Shown: piece by piece, positions 21,442 through 36,113 of the stretch
Numbering within the stretch: the first letter of the stretch is position 1
How the letters are laid out: every line of letters begins with the position of its first letter
NCBI GenBank assembly: GCA_051650705.1
Contig: JBOFQV010000276.1
Location: 10,311 to 74,310 of the forward strand
Origin: Clostridium sp.
Lineage (GTDB): Bacteria > Bacillota > Clostridia > Clostridiales > Clostridiaceae
Direction: 5' to 3'
DNA: 64,000 bases
The notes under the pieces: model-generated
Database searches by the model: none
What the model was told of the DNA's origin: nothing
The model's input: the letters and a program-made list of their open reading frames with translations, nothing else
Program-made: the position numbers and the translations under genes

Positions 21442-22029
21442 ATGGATATATACAAAGCGTTAAAGTGGGAAAAGAAAATGCTAAAGAGATTTTTTGTGGC
21501 GATGATTATAATAGCAATATTTCTTCCTATAGCAATGATGCTTGCAGGTGTAAATGACTTTTTTTATGTATCGTATCTTTTAATAATAGAACTTTTAATA
21601 ATACTTGCAATTTTATTAAAGAGCAATTATCACTTTATAAAATATTCATGTATAAATAACAAGTTAAAAGTTAAAAGTGGTTTATTTGGGAGAGATAATT
21701 TATTTTTATGTGATAAGGTTGCAATTGTACATACTCATAAAATGGAAGATGAGATGGACATTATTTTAGTTACAACAATAAATTTTAGAAATAAAAAAAT
21801 GAAGTTGGTTGGAAAGAATATTTTAAAAAGGTATCCATCATTAGCAGAAGAATACATAGCACAAAAGGAGCTAGAGCCAGAGAAAATATTTTATTATTAC
21901 ATAATTAGAAAAGGTGGGCTTAAAAAATATTTATTATTAGACCAAATATATAAAAACTGTGTTAAGGCTGTATATACTGAGGAAGCTATACAAAATATAA
22001 AAATTGCTAGAGGGCAAACTCTAGTATAA
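21442..22029 (+). CDS. Hypothetical membrane protein (2 N-terminal TM segments)
   Basis: Hydrophobic segments; GGAGGGG RBS. Confidence 0.75.
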   Translation: MDIYKALKWEKKMLKRFFVAMIIIAIFLPIAMMLAGVNDFFYVSYLLIIELLIILAILLKSNYHFIKYSCINNKLKVKSGLFGRDNLFLCDKVAIVHTHKMEDEMDIILVTTINFRNKKMKLVGKNILKRYPSLAEEYIAQKELEPEKIFYYYIIRKGGLKKYLLLDQIYKNCVKAVYTEEAIQNIKIARGQTLV

Positions 22030-22044
22030 AGGAGAGAAGAACCC

Positions 22045-23091
22045 TTGGAAACAAAAATATTTATATTAAATAATCAAAATGAAATAGAATACATACAAGA
22101 AGCTGCTAATATTATTAAACAAGGGGGAGTTGTAGCTTTTCCTACTGAAACAGTATATGGATTAGGTGCAAATGCTTTAAATGAAAATGGAGTGAAAAAA
22201 ATATTTGAAGCAAAGGGAAGACCACAAGATAACCCTTTAATTGTACATGTTGCTGATAAGAATATAGAACACTTAGTTATGGAAATACCTGAAGTAGCAA
22301 AGGAATTAATTGCAAAATTTTGGCCGGGTCCATTGACTTTGATTTTAAAGAAGAAGGATTTAATTCCACATGTAACAAGTGCAAATCTTGAAACAATAGG
22401 AATAAGAATGCCAAATAATGAAATTGCATTAAAACTTATAGAGCTTTCAGGACTTCCAATTGCAGCACCATCAGCTAATATTAGCGGAAGACCAAGTCCA
22501 ACTGATGTCCACAGATGTGTTGAAGATTTAAATGGGAGAGTTGATTGCATAATAGGTGGAGTAAATAGTGATGTTGGATTGGAATCAACAATAGTTGATT
22601 GTACTGTTGTACCTCCAGTGGTGTTAAGGCCGGGTGGGGTTACATTAGAAATGCTTAAAGAGGTTAACGAAGAGATTTATATTGATAAGGGACTAATGAG
22701 CAAACCTACAGAAGATTTTAAGCCAAAGGCACCAGGAATGAAATATCGACATTATGCTCCAAATGCAAAGCTTAAAATAATATGTGGAGAAAGCAAAAAA
22801 ACTATTGAAAAAATTAATGAAATGGTACACAATTATATAGATAAAGGAATGAAGGTAGGAGTTTTAACAACTAAAGAAAATTCAAATTGCTATACTTCAT
22901 GTGAAAAAATTGTTTTAGGAAGCAATAAAGATCTTGTAGAAATAGGGAAAAATTTATTTGAATCATTAAGAAAATTTGATGATATGAAGGTTGATATAAT
23001 ATTAGCAGAAGGCATTGAAGAAAAAGGTGTTGGAATTGCTATTATGAACAGGCTTAAAAAGGCGGCAGGCTATGACATTATAAATGTTTAA
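22045..23091 (+). CDS. sua5: L-threonylcarbamoyladenylate synthase Sua5/TsaC2
   Basis: PTETVYGL, KGRPQDNP, APSAN, PGMKYRHYAP. Confidence 0.95.
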   Translation: METKIFILNNQNEIEYIQEAANIIKQGGVVAFPTETVYGLGANALNENGVKKIFEAKGRPQDNPLIVHVADKNIEHLVMEIPEVAKELIAKFWPGPLTLILKKKDLIPHVTSANLETIGIRMPNNEIALKLIELSGLPIAAPSANISGRPSPTDVHRCVEDLNGRVDCIIGGVNSDVGLESTIVDCTVVPPVVLRPGGVTLEMLKEVNEEIYIDKGLMSKPTEDFKPKAPGMKYRHYAPNAKLKIICGESKKTIEKINEMVHNYIDKGMKVGVLTTKENSNCYTSCEKIVLGSNKDLVEIGKNLFESLRKFDDMKVDIILAEGIEEKGVGIAIMNRLKKAAGYDIINV

Positions 23092-23109
23092 ATTTGGGGA
23101 GGAGAGAAA

Positions 23110-23562
23110 ATGAATATTCTCTTTGTTTGTACTGGAAATACATCTAGAAGTATTATGGCAGAATATATATTTAACAATATAAATAATATCAAAGGCTTAA
23201 GTTGTAAATCAGCAGGTATATCAATTGTTGCAGGAAGTGTTGCAACAAAAAACTCAGTTAATATAATTAGAAAAGAGTTAAGAGAAAATATTGATAATAG
23301 AGAAGCTGTTCAATTAAAGGATGGCCTATTAAAGGATGCTGATTTGGTATTGACAATGACTGCTTATGGGAGAGAATATATAAAAGAATATTTCTCAAAA
23401 TATGGGCACAAAGTATATACATTAGCTGAATATGTTGGAGAAGATATGGATGTAACAGATCCATATGGGGGTTCTTTAGGTGTTTATGAGAAAACTTATA
23501 AAGAAATTAAGGGACTTATAGACAGACTAGTACATGTGGTTAAAAAGGAAGAAAGTGTTTAG
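23110..23562 (+). CDS. ywlE: Low-molecular-weight protein arginine phosphatase (YwlE-like)
   Basis: CTGNTSRS P-loop, DPYG; sua5-ywlE-rpiB synteny. Confidence 0.85.
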   Translation: MNILFVCTGNTSRSIMAEYIFNNINNIKGLSCKSAGISIVAGSVATKNSVNIIRKELRENIDNREAVQLKDGLLKDADLVLTMTAYGREYIKEYFSKYGHKVYTLAEYVGEDMDVTDPYGGSLGVYEKTYKEIKGLIDRLVHVVKKEESV

Positions 23563-23610
23563 ACTTTACTTTCTTTTTTTATAAATAGACAAATGATAGG
23601 AGGGTACAAT

Positions 23611-24060
23611 ATGAAAATAGCATTAGGTGCTGACCATGGAGGATACGTACTTAAAAATGAAATTAGTAAGTTCTTAAAAGAACAAGGGTATGAAGTTGTT
23701 GACTTTGGAACAAATAGTGAGGAAAGCTGTGATTATGCAGATTATTCATTAAAGGTTGCGGAGAGTGTTAAAAGTAAAGAGTGTACTTACGGTATACTAG
23801 TGTGTGGAACTGGTATTGGAATAAGCATAGCTGCAAATAAAGTTCCAGGAATAAGAGCTGCATTATGTTCAGATACATTTAGTGCACATGCAACAAGAGA
23901 ACACAATGATGCAAATATATTAGCTTTAGGAGCTAGAGTTGTTGGAGCAGGACTTGCATTAGATATAGTTAAGACCTTTTTAAATGCAGAGTTTGAAGGG
24001 GATAGACACGTTAAGAGAATAGAAAAAATTACTGCTATTGAGCAGAAATATAATAAATAA
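23611..24060 (+). CDS. rpiB: Ribose-5-phosphate isomerase B
   Basis: ADHGG, CGTGIG, HNDAN, RH motifs. Confidence 0.95.
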   Translation: MKIALGADHGGYVLKNEISKFLKEQGYEVVDFGTNSEESCDYADYSLKVAESVKSKECTYGILVCGTGIGISIAANKVPGIRAALCSDTFSAHATREHNDANILALGARVVGAGLALDIVKTFLNAEFEGDRHVKRIEKITAIEQKYNK

Positions 24061-24086
24061 GTATAAGTTTTTGGAGGTTTTAAGAA

Positions 24087-24716
24087 ATGAGCAGAGTAAT
24101 TGAAATCAATCATCCTTTAATACTACATAAGTTAGCATTTATAAGAGACAAGAATACTGGTTCAAAGGATTTCAGAGAATTAGTTGAAGAAGTTTCAATG
24201 TTATTAGCTTATGAAGTTACTAGAGAACTAAGTATGGAAGAGGTTGAAATTGAGACTCCAATATGCAAGACTAAGTGCAAAATGCTATCAGGTAAAAAGA
24301 TGGCTATAGTTCCAATTTTAAGAGCTGGTCTTGGAATGGTTGATGGTATGTTGAAGCTAATACCAGCAGCAAAGGTAGGACACATTGGTTTATATAGAGA
24401 TGAAGAAACACTTCAACCAGTAGAATATTTCTGCAAATTACCACAAGATATTGCAGATAGAGATGTAATAGTAGTTGATCCAATGCTTGCAACAGGTGGT
24501 TCAGCAGCAGATGCTATAACTTTATTAAAGCAAAGAGGAGCAGTAAACTTAAAGCTAGTTTGCTTAATATCTTCACCAGAAGGAATTAAGTTGGTTAAGA
24601 ATGCTCATCCAGATGTTGATATATATGTAGCATCAATAGATGAGAAATTAAATGAAAAAGGATATATTGTACCAGGTCTTGGAGATGCTGGAGATAGATT
24701 ATTTGGTACTAAATAG
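24087..24716 (+). CDS. upp: Uracil phosphoribosyltransferase
   Basis: [23 protein letters not shown]. Confidence 0.98.
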   Translation: MSRVIEINHPLILHKLAFIRDKNTGSKDFRELVEEVSMLLAYEVTRELSMEEVEIETPICKTKCKMLSGKKMAIVPILRAGLGMVDGMLKLIPAAKVGHIGLYRDEETLQPVEYFCKLPQDIADRDVIVVDPMLATGGSAADAITLLKQRGAVNLKLVCLISSPEGIKLVKNAHPDVDIYVASIDEKLNEKGYIVPGLGDAGDRLFGTK

Positions 24717-24720
24717 ATAA

Positions 24721-24748
24721 AAGAGGTTGGGGTTTCCCAATCTTTTTT
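24721..24748 (+). terminator. Terminator after upp
   Basis: AGAGGTTGGG/CCCAATCTTT plus T-run. Confidence 0.75.
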
Positions 24749-24988
24749 CGTAAGTGAAAATTTTGATAAAAACTTAAAAAGTGAAAAAGCTATTCTAGCC
24801 ATTGATATGTAAGGCTTAGAAGTGGTTTGTCTATGTAACATATGTTACCAATTGAGTAGTAGTTTCATAAGAAAAATAGAACTCAGATTGAAACTTAACT
24901 ATGGTTTACATTATTTATCCATTAATATATAATCTTAATATAAGTTAATTTATATTAATGAATTAAATTTTTGAATGGAGATAAAATA

Positions 24989-25483
24989 ATGGATAGAAGA
25001 GATAAGGAAAATTATTATTTAGATATCGCTGAAACTGTTCTAGGTAGAGGAACTTGTCTTAGAAGAAACTATGGCTCCATAATTGTTAAAAATGATGAAA
25101 TTATATCGACAGGATATACTGGAGCTCCAAGAGGGAGAAAAAACTGCATAGATCTTAATACTTGTATAAGAGATGAGTTAAATGTACCAAGGGGAACTAG
25201 ATATGAAATTTGTAGAAGTGTACATAGTGAGGCCAATGCTATTATAAGTGCTTCAAGAAGAGATATGCTAGGGGCGACATTATATTTAGTAGGTAAAGAT
25301 GCAAAAACAGACGAGTATGTTGAAAATGCAAATTCTTGCTCAATGTGTAAGAGATTAATAATAAATTCAGGAATTGAAAAAGTGGTTATAAGAGACACTA
25401 AAGAGAAATTTAGAGTTATAAATGCAGAGGAGTGGGTACATGTAGATGACTCCTTACAAATGCAAAAGGAATTAGGTTATTAA
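24989..25483 (+). CDS. dCMP deaminase family protein
   Basis: HSE (HAE-type) and CSMC zinc motifs; TCLRR. Confidence 0.85.
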   Translation: MDRRDKENYYLDIAETVLGRGTCLRRNYGSIIVKNDEIISTGYTGAPRGRKNCIDLNTCIRDELNVPRGTRYEICRSVHSEANAIISASRRDMLGATLYLVGKDAKTDEYVENANSCSMCKRLIINSGIEKVVIRDTKEKFRVINAEEWVHVDDSLQMQKELGY

Positions 25484-25505
25484 TAAATTTTAGGAGGAAT
25501 CTTAA

Positions 25506-26651
25506 TTGAAAAAGATTATAACGATTTTTGGAACAAGACCAGAAGCAATTAAAATGGCACCATTAGTTAAGGAATTAGAAAAAAGAGAAGGAATAGAATC
25601 TAAGGTTTGTGTTACAGCACAACATAGAGAAATGTTGGATCAGGTTTTAGAATACTTTGATATTAAGCCAGATTTTGATTTAAATATAATGAAAAGTAAG
25701 CAAACTCTTACTGGAATTACAAATAAGGTTTTAGAAGGATTAGAAGAAGTTTTTAAAGTAGAAAAGCCAGACATGATATTAGTTCATGGAGATACAACTA
25801 CAACATTTGGTGGAGCTCTTGCAGCATTTTATCAACAGATAAAGGTAGGGCATGTAGAAGCGGGTTTAAGAACATTTGATAAGTACTTCCCATTTCCAGA
25901 GGAAATGAATAGAAAGCTAACAGGCTCTTTAGCAGATCTTCATTTTGCACCAACAAAAGGGTCAAAAGAAAACCTGTTAAGAGAAGGAGTAAAAGAAGAG
26001 GATATATATATAACTGGAAATACTGTTATTGATGCAATGGCACATACAGTAAAAGAAAATTATGTATTTGAAAATGAGGATTTAAATAAAATTGATTTTG
26101 AAAATAAGAAAGTTATTATGATTACTGCCCATAGAAGAGAAAATTGGGGTGAAGGTATTGATAATATTTGTGCTGCCTTAAATAGAATAGTAAAAGAAAA
26201 TCAAGATGTTGAATTAGTATATCTAGTTCATTTAAATCCAGTTGTTAAGGATGTTGTATTTAGAGAGCTTGGAAATAAGGAAAGAGTTCATTTGTTACCT
26301 CCATTAGATACCAATGAAACTCATAATTTAATGAATAAGGCATTTATGGTTATGACAGATTCAGGTGGACTACAAGAAGAGGCACCTCAACTAGGTAAAC
26401 CAGTGTTGGTTTTAAGAGATGTTACAGAAAGACCAGAAGCGGTAGCATATGGAACAGTAAAGCTTGTTGGAACAGATGTTGAAGTTGTTGTTAAAGAAGC
26501 TAATGAATTAATAAATAATACGGAAGCATATACGAAGATGAGTAAGGCTGTAAATCCATATGGAGATGGATTTGCATCTCAAAGAATAGCAGATGCTATA
26601 GAGTTATATTTTGGATTAAGTGATAAAAAAGTTGAAGAATTTATAAGATAA
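25506..26651 (+). CDS. wecB: UDP-N-acetylglucosamine 2-epimerase (non-hydrolysing)
   Basis: GTRPEAIK, HVEAGLR, HRREN, DSGGLQEE. Confidence 0.96.
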   Translation: MKKIITIFGTRPEAIKMAPLVKELEKREGIESKVCVTAQHREMLDQVLEYFDIKPDFDLNIMKSKQTLTGITNKVLEGLEEVFKVEKPDMILVHGDTTTTFGGALAAFYQQIKVGHVEAGLRTFDKYFPFPEEMNRKLTGSLADLHFAPTKGSKENLLREGVKEEDIYITGNTVIDAMAHTVKENYVFENEDLNKIDFENKKVIMITAHRRENWGEGIDNICAALNRIVKENQDVELVYLVHLNPVVKDVVFRELGNKERVHLLPPLDTNETHNLMNKAFMVMTDSGGLQEEAPQLGKPVLVLRDVTERPEAVAYGTVKLVGTDVEVVVKEANELINNTEAYTKMSKAVNPYGDGFASQRIADAIELYFGLSDKKVEEFIR

Positions 26652-26657
26652 ATAAGG

Positions 26658-26687
26658 GCAATGAACCAATTGGTTCATTGCTTTTTT
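26658..26687 (+). terminator. Terminator after wecB
   Basis: Palindrome GCAATGAACCAATTGGTTCATTGC plus T6. Confidence 0.85.
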
Positions 26688-26710
26688 ATTTTATGTTTTT
26701 GGGGAATAGA

Positions 26711-26787
26711 TTGTTTAAACTTTAACAAATCCTACTTGATAATTTAGGTAAAAATGGATATAATATTATATGTTAATACTTTAACGA
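26711..26787 (+). promoter_or_regulatory. thlA sigmaA promoter flanked by two Rex operators
   Basis: TTGTTTA-AACT-TTAACAA (26711-28) and ATGTTAA-TACT-TTAACGA (26770-87) around TTGATA-17-TATAAT (26736-64). Confidence 0.8.
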
Positions 26788-26826
26788 AATAAATTTCTAT
26801 AAAAGGAAAATTTGGGAGGTTAAGTA

Positions 26827-28011
26827 ATGAGAGAAGTAGTAATAGTTAGTGCTGTAAGAACTGCAATTGGTTCTTTCGGTGGAAGTTTAAAAGATGTATC
26901 TGCAGCTGATTTAGGAGCAACTGTTATAAAGGAAGCTGTTAACAGAGCAGGAATAAAGGGTGAATTAGTAGACGAAGTTTTAATGGGTAACGTAATATCA
27001 GCAGGGTTAGGCCAAAATGTTGCAAGACAAGCGGCTGTAAAAGCTGGGTTACCATTAGAAGTTTCAGCTATGACATTAAACAAGGTTTGTGGTTCAGGTT
27101 TAAGAGCTGTAAGCTTAGCTGCACAATTAATTAAAGCTGGAGATGCAGATTGCATTATAGCTGGTGGTATGGAAAACATGTCACAAGCACCATATGTACT
27201 TAATAACGCAAGATGGGGTCAAAGAATGGGAGATGGAAAGATGGTTGATGCTATGATTAATGATGCATTAACAGATGCTTTCAATCACTACCATATGGGA
27301 ATTACTGCTGAAAACATAGCAGAACAATGGGAAATAACTAGAGAAGAGCAAGACAACTTTGCAGCAGCATCACAACAAAAGGCAGAAGCTGCAATTAAAG
27401 AAGGAAGATTTAAGGATGAAATAGTTCCAGTTGTTATTCCACAAAGAAAGGGAGAACCAAAAGTATTTGATACTGATGAATTCCCAAGATTTGGAGTAAC
27501 TGCAGAAGGTTTAGCTAAGTTAAAGCCAGCATTTAAAAGAGATGGTGGAACTGTAACGGCTGCAAATGCATCAGGAATTAATGATGGAGCAGCTGCGTTT
27601 GTAGTTATGAGTGCAGAAAAGGCAGCAGAACTTGGAATTAAGCCATTAGCTAAAATCTTATCATATGGTTCAAAGGGATTAGATCCATCAATAATGGGAT
27701 ATGGACCATTCCATGCAACAAAGAAAGCATTAGAAAATGCAAATATTACAGTTGAAGATTTAGACTTAATAGAATCAAATGAAGCTTTTGCAGCTCAAAG
27801 TATTGCAGTAGCAAAAGACTTAAATTTTGATATGAGCAAGGTAAATGTAAATGGAGGAGCAATAGCTTTAGGACACCCAGTAGGGGCTTCAGGAGCTAGA
27901 ATTCTTTGTACATTACTTCATGAAATGGAAAAGAGAGATGCAAAGAAAGGTTTAGCTACTTTATGTATTGGTGGTGGACTTGGAACTGCATTAATTGTAG
28001 AAAGAGTATAA
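26827..28011 (+). CDS. thlA: Acetyl-CoA acetyltransferase (thiolase)
   Basis: [25 protein letters not shown]. Confidence 0.97.
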   Translation: MREVVIVSAVRTAIGSFGGSLKDVSAADLGATVIKEAVNRAGIKGELVDEVLMGNVISAGLGQNVARQAAVKAGLPLEVSAMTLNKVCGSGLRAVSLAAQLIKAGDADCIIAGGMENMSQAPYVLNNARWGQRMGDGKMVDAMINDALTDAFNHYHMGITAENIAEQWEITREEQDNFAAASQQKAEAAIKEGRFKDEIVPVVIPQRKGEPKVFDTDEFPRFGVTAEGLAKLKPAFKRDGGTVTAANASGINDGAAAFVVMSAEKAAELGIKPLAKILSYGSKGLDPSIMGYGPFHATKKALENANITVEDLDLIESNEAFAAQSIAVAKDLNFDMSKVNVNGGAIALGHPVGASGARILCTLLHEMEKRDAKKGLATLCIGGGLGTALIVERV

Positions 28012-28015
28012 TTTA

Positions 28016-28042
28016 AAAAAAGTGCGAGAAATCGCACTTTTT
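28016..28042 (+). terminator. Terminator after thlA
   Basis: AAAAGTGCGA/TCGCACTTTT. Confidence 0.85.
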
Positions 28043-28609
28043 ATTTATTTTACAATGTTAACAAATAAGAAAAAATAGTTTGTTTAGTTTTATTTCTTAT
28101 AATTATATAATTATAAGCATTATATGAATTTATATATATAAAACAATTCATATATATAAATAAATATGTGTATAATGAGGGATAATACGTTGAAAAGGTG
28201 AATATTTATTTAAAAATATTAAGAAAAATGCAAGTTTATAAAATTAAAATTTCATTTTATTAATAAGAAGCAAAGTTTTAAAAAAGCAATAACCAAAAAA
28301 TAGAAAAATTTTAATGAAATAGTTAATTAAAGGTATGGAAAATTAAGAAAAAAGCAAATAAAATCGTTATCATAAAAAGGAAATTCAAAGGAAAATTATT
28401 AGAAAATTCAAAATAAAGAATAGGTAGTTTACATTTTATTTACATAAGTAGAGAAATGGAAGTTTAAGGACGATACGTGAGAGATTAACGTACTTTATTA
28501 ATAAAATGAGGATATTTGGGGTAAAAATAACCAAAATGAGTTAAAATCAAGTTTTCTAATAATATCGGTTAGAAGTATAATAACAACATTGAACTGAGAG
28601 GTGGACAAA

Positions 28610-28956
28610 ATGAGTAAAGTAATGAATGAACTTAATAAGAAAGTCATAAGATATGATTTAAAGGTAGGATTATTTATTTCTATATTCATTGGAGTTCTAC
28701 TATCTTTCAAAATAGCAATAATTTATTACCTGGGATTAGTGATCTCAATAGTTAACTTTAAGGTAAGTAGTTATTTAATTGAAAAATTTAATAGCAAATT
28801 AATATTAATGTTTTCAAGTTTTTTGCGAATACTAATAGTAGTAATTTTATCATTACCATTTATTTATGAAATGGAGACAATATTAAGTTATCTTTTGGGT
28901 TATTCATCACATTTCATTTTTTTAATGATTTATTGCTTGACTAATAAAGAAGGGAA

Positions 28957-28960
<4 letters not shown>
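28610..28960 (+). CDS. atpI: ATP synthase protein I
   Basis: Four-TM protein directly before atpB. Confidence 0.75.
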
Positions 28961-29897
<937 letters not shown>

Positions 29898-29952
29898 TTA
29901 ATTTAAATATAGAGTTAATTTAGTTGACTCCGAAGGGAGGAAAGAAAAAATA

Positions 29953-30432
29953 ATGGATATACATTTATCGACTATTATTATGACCTTGATTAACTTTGTT
30001 ATATTGATATTAATTCTTAAGCATTTTCTTTGGGATAAAATTAAAAATGTTATTGAGGAGAGAGAAGGATATATCGAAGATCAGTTAATTAAGGTAGATG
30101 ATGAACTTGAAAAAGCAAGAATGTATTTATTAGAAAATGAAAGAATTTTAAAATCAGCTAAAGACGAAGGTAAGAAAATTACTGAAAGGCAAAAAGCTAA
30201 AGCTGATAAGATATATAAAGAAATAGTTGAGGAAGCAAATAAAGAAGCTAAACTTATTGAAGAAAGAGCTAGACTTGAAATCGAGAGAGAAAAAGAAAAA
30301 GCTCAATACCAAATAAAGAAGCAAGCTGTAGAATTAGCAATTAACCTTTCATATAAAGCACTTGAGGACAGTATTACTGATAATAATCAAAGAGAGTTAA
30401 TTAGTGATTTTATTACTAAGGTAGGTAATTAA
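29953..30432 (+). CDS. atpF: ATP synthase subunit b
   Basis: N-terminal TM plus coiled coil; operon order. Confidence 0.93.
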   Translation: MDIHLSTIIMTLINFVILILILKHFLWDKIKNVIEEREGYIEDQLIKVDDELEKARMYLLENERILKSAKDEGKKITERQKAKADKIYKEIVEEANKEAKLIEERARLEIEREKEKAQYQIKKQAVELAINLSYKALEDSITDNNQRELISDFITKVGN

Positions 30433-30434
30433 AT

Positions 30435-32499
<2,065 letters not shown>

Positions 32500-32536
32500 C
32501 CTTTAAAGGGCTATGATTTCTTTAGGAGGTGGAAAT

Positions 32537-33388
32537 ATGGGTGCAGCAGGACTGATTCAAATAAAGAGAAGAATTAAATCAGTACAAAGTACCAAAAAGA
32601 TAACAAATGCCATGGGGCTTGTTGCCACTTCTAAGCTTAGAAAATGCAGAAAAGAACTATCTCTCAATGAAGGTTATTTTAAGCAAACTGAAGAAATAAT
32701 GAATGAGTTGATGGGTTTAGCCACAGAGAAGTCAGAGAGCTTGTTTATTAAAGGCAATAACAGTAATAATAAGCTTTATATTGTAGTGACTTCTGATTCT
32801 GGGCTTTGCGGAGGCTATAATGGTAATATAGTATCTTATTTAGGTGAGAGTTTGCAGGAACAAAAAGAGAATGCAAAGATAATAACAGTTGGAAGCAAGG
32901 GGTTAGCATATACACGTAGACTTAATATTGAAACAGTTGCAGAATATATTGATATTCCAGATGTACCAACAGTTAAAGAAGTTAAAAAGGTTTTATTAAA
33001 AGCATTAAATCTTTATAAAGAAGGAGATGTTTCAGAGGTAAATGTAGTATATAGTGAATTCTTTTCCCCTGTAAAACAAGTTCCAAGAATAGAAAGATTA
33101 TTGCCTATTGAGGTTAATGGAAATGAAATTTCAGAACCTGTAATAGAGCCAAATATAGATATTGTTTTTAATAATGCAGTAGAGTGTTATTTAAAAGGTA
33201 AATTAAGAAATGCTATTTTAAGTGCAAAATGTAGTGAACAAAGTGCTAGAATGACAGCAATGGATGGAGCTACACAAAATGCTAATGATATTTTATCAGA
33301 TTTAAATCTTAGATATAATAGAATAAGACAAAGTATGATAACACAAGAAATATCAGAAATAGTAGGTGGAGCAGAAGCACAAAAATAG
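32537..33388 (+). CDS. atpG: ATP synthase subunit gamma
   Basis: [20 protein letters not shown]. Confidence 0.97.
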   Translation: MGAAGLIQIKRRIKSVQSTKKITNAMGLVATSKLRKCRKELSLNEGYFKQTEEIMNELMGLATEKSESLFIKGNNSNNKLYIVVTSDSGLCGGYNGNIVSYLGESLQEQKENAKIITVGSKGLAYTRRLNIETVAEYIDIPDVPTVKEVKKVLLKALNLYKEGDVSEVNVVYSEFFSPVKQVPRIERLLPIEVNGNEISEPVIEPNIDIVFNNAVECYLKGKLRNAILSAKCSEQSARMTAMDGATQNANDILSDLNLRYNRIRQSMITQEISEIVGGAEAQK

Positions 33389-33391
33389 TGA

Positions 33392-34795
<1,404 letters not shown>

Positions 34796-34806
34796 GGGAT
34801 GATTTA

Positions 34807-35211
34807 ATGGCAAATACATTTATGTTAAGAATTATAACGCCTGATAGAGAAGTTTTTAAAGGTGAGGTAGTCAGCTTCAATGCTGAAACTATAGAGGGAA
34901 GACATGAATTTTTAGCGCATCATGCTACATCAATAATTAGTGTTAAGCCAACAGTATCAGTGTATAAAGTAAGTGAAGGTGATGAAACAAAGATTTTCAC
35001 ATCTACAGGAATAATTAAATTCAAAAATAATGAACTGGTTTTATGTTGCGATGCAGCTGAAACACCTGAAGAGATTGATTTCAATAGAGCGGAAGCGGCT
35101 AAGGAAAGAGCGGAGCTGAGATTGATAGAATCAGATAAAAATGATGTTGAGAGAGCAAAAGCAGCATTGGCTAGAGCTTTAACAAGATTAGAAATGAAGA
35201 GTTTTAATTAA
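34807..35211 (+). CDS. atpC: ATP synthase subunit epsilon
   Basis: ITPDR N-terminus, C-terminal helical hairpin; operon order. Confidence 0.93.
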   Translation: MANTFMLRIITPDREVFKGEVVSFNAETIEGRHEFLAHHATSIISVKPTVSVYKVSEGDETKIFTSTGIIKFKNNELVLCCDAAETPEEIDFNRAEAAKERAELRLIESDKNDVERAKAALARALTRLEMKSFN

Positions 35212-35233
35212 AAGGCACTTGGTGCCTTTTTTT
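35210..35233 (+). terminator. atp operon terminator
   Basis: AAAAGGCAC/GTGCCTTTT plus T-run; second hairpin at 35290-35331. Confidence 0.8.
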
Positions 35234-35465
35234 AACGCTTAGGAAAATAGAAAATTTAAAGCAAGTTTTGGAACACTACTGTATTGGTTAAAAAGTGGCT
35301 TCTTCGCTAAATCGTGGAGAAGCCACTTTTTAATTTTGTAATAAATTGATGAAATTAATCATAATTAATCACAAAAAATGCATAAGTAAATATATTGATA
35401 TTAAGGAAATCTGAATAAAATAGAAAACTCTTGTCCATAATGAAAAGGAAAAGGTGGGATGTGAA

Positions 35466-36092
35466 ATGAATTTTAAATCATTTGCATGCTGGTTAACCCT
35501 ATTTTCTTTTTTTGCTATTGGCTGGAGTGGAAACAGTAATGATTATTACAAAGTTGAAAATCACTTTTCAAAAAAAAGTAAATTTATTGAAAATGGTGTT
35601 AAGCTTCAGTATTGCACAATAAATAAGGAAAATGAATTTAAAAGAGTAGTAGATATTATTGAAAAAGAATATGATGAAAAACAATTAAATATTTCGGAAG
35701 ATAGTATAGAGGTTTATACAGAGGAAGTTCAATTTATTATTAATTTTTGGCAAGAAGAAGATAAAATATTTGTTGAAGCAACTTTAATTAATAAAAACCC
35801 TTCAAAAACTACCCAAAAAATAAAGAAAGAAATAGAAAAATTACAAAAAGAACACTTAAAGAATGTAAGATATTTTGAGTACTATAAGGGAAAAATAAAT
35901 ACAATAGATGAAGGCTTAAGTGAATTAAAGTTATGTTCAAATATAGAGAAATATGAGCTTCTAAAAATTGAAAATGGATTTACCTGTACTGCTGAAACAG
36001 ATAATGGAGCAAAGCTTAATTTTGCTTTAAATCAATATGATACAGGGGTTTACTTGATAATTGGAACACCTACAATATTTGCAACATACTAA
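35466..36092 (+). CDS. YwmB-like exported protein
   Basis: Signal-like N-terminus, C-terminal IGTPTI; atpC-ywmB-murA-spoIID synteny. Confidence 0.65.
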   Translation: MNFKSFACWLTLFSFFAIGWSGNSNDYYKVENHFSKKSKFIENGVKLQYCTINKENEFKRVVDIIEKEYDEKQLNISEDSIEVYTEEVQFIINFWQEEDKIFVEATLINKNPSKTTQKIKKEIEKLQKEHLKNVRYFEYYKGKINTIDEGLSELKLCSNIEKYELLKIENGFTCTAETDNGAKLNFALNQYDTGVYLIIGTPTIFATY

Positions 36093-36113
36093 GAATTCAT
36101 TATGGAGGATATT

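Noticed and set aside
24835-24848. Palindrome as a LexA SOS box
   Set aside because: Reads TAAC-N4-GTTA, not GAAC-N4-GTTC
28498-28710. 70-aa minus-strand ORF upstream of atpI
   Set aside because: Overlaps atpI antisense; no RBS or motif
35290-35331. Second strong hairpin after atpC as the end of an sRNA
   Set aside because: No promoter found for a short RNA on either strand; best read as a backup or insulating terminator
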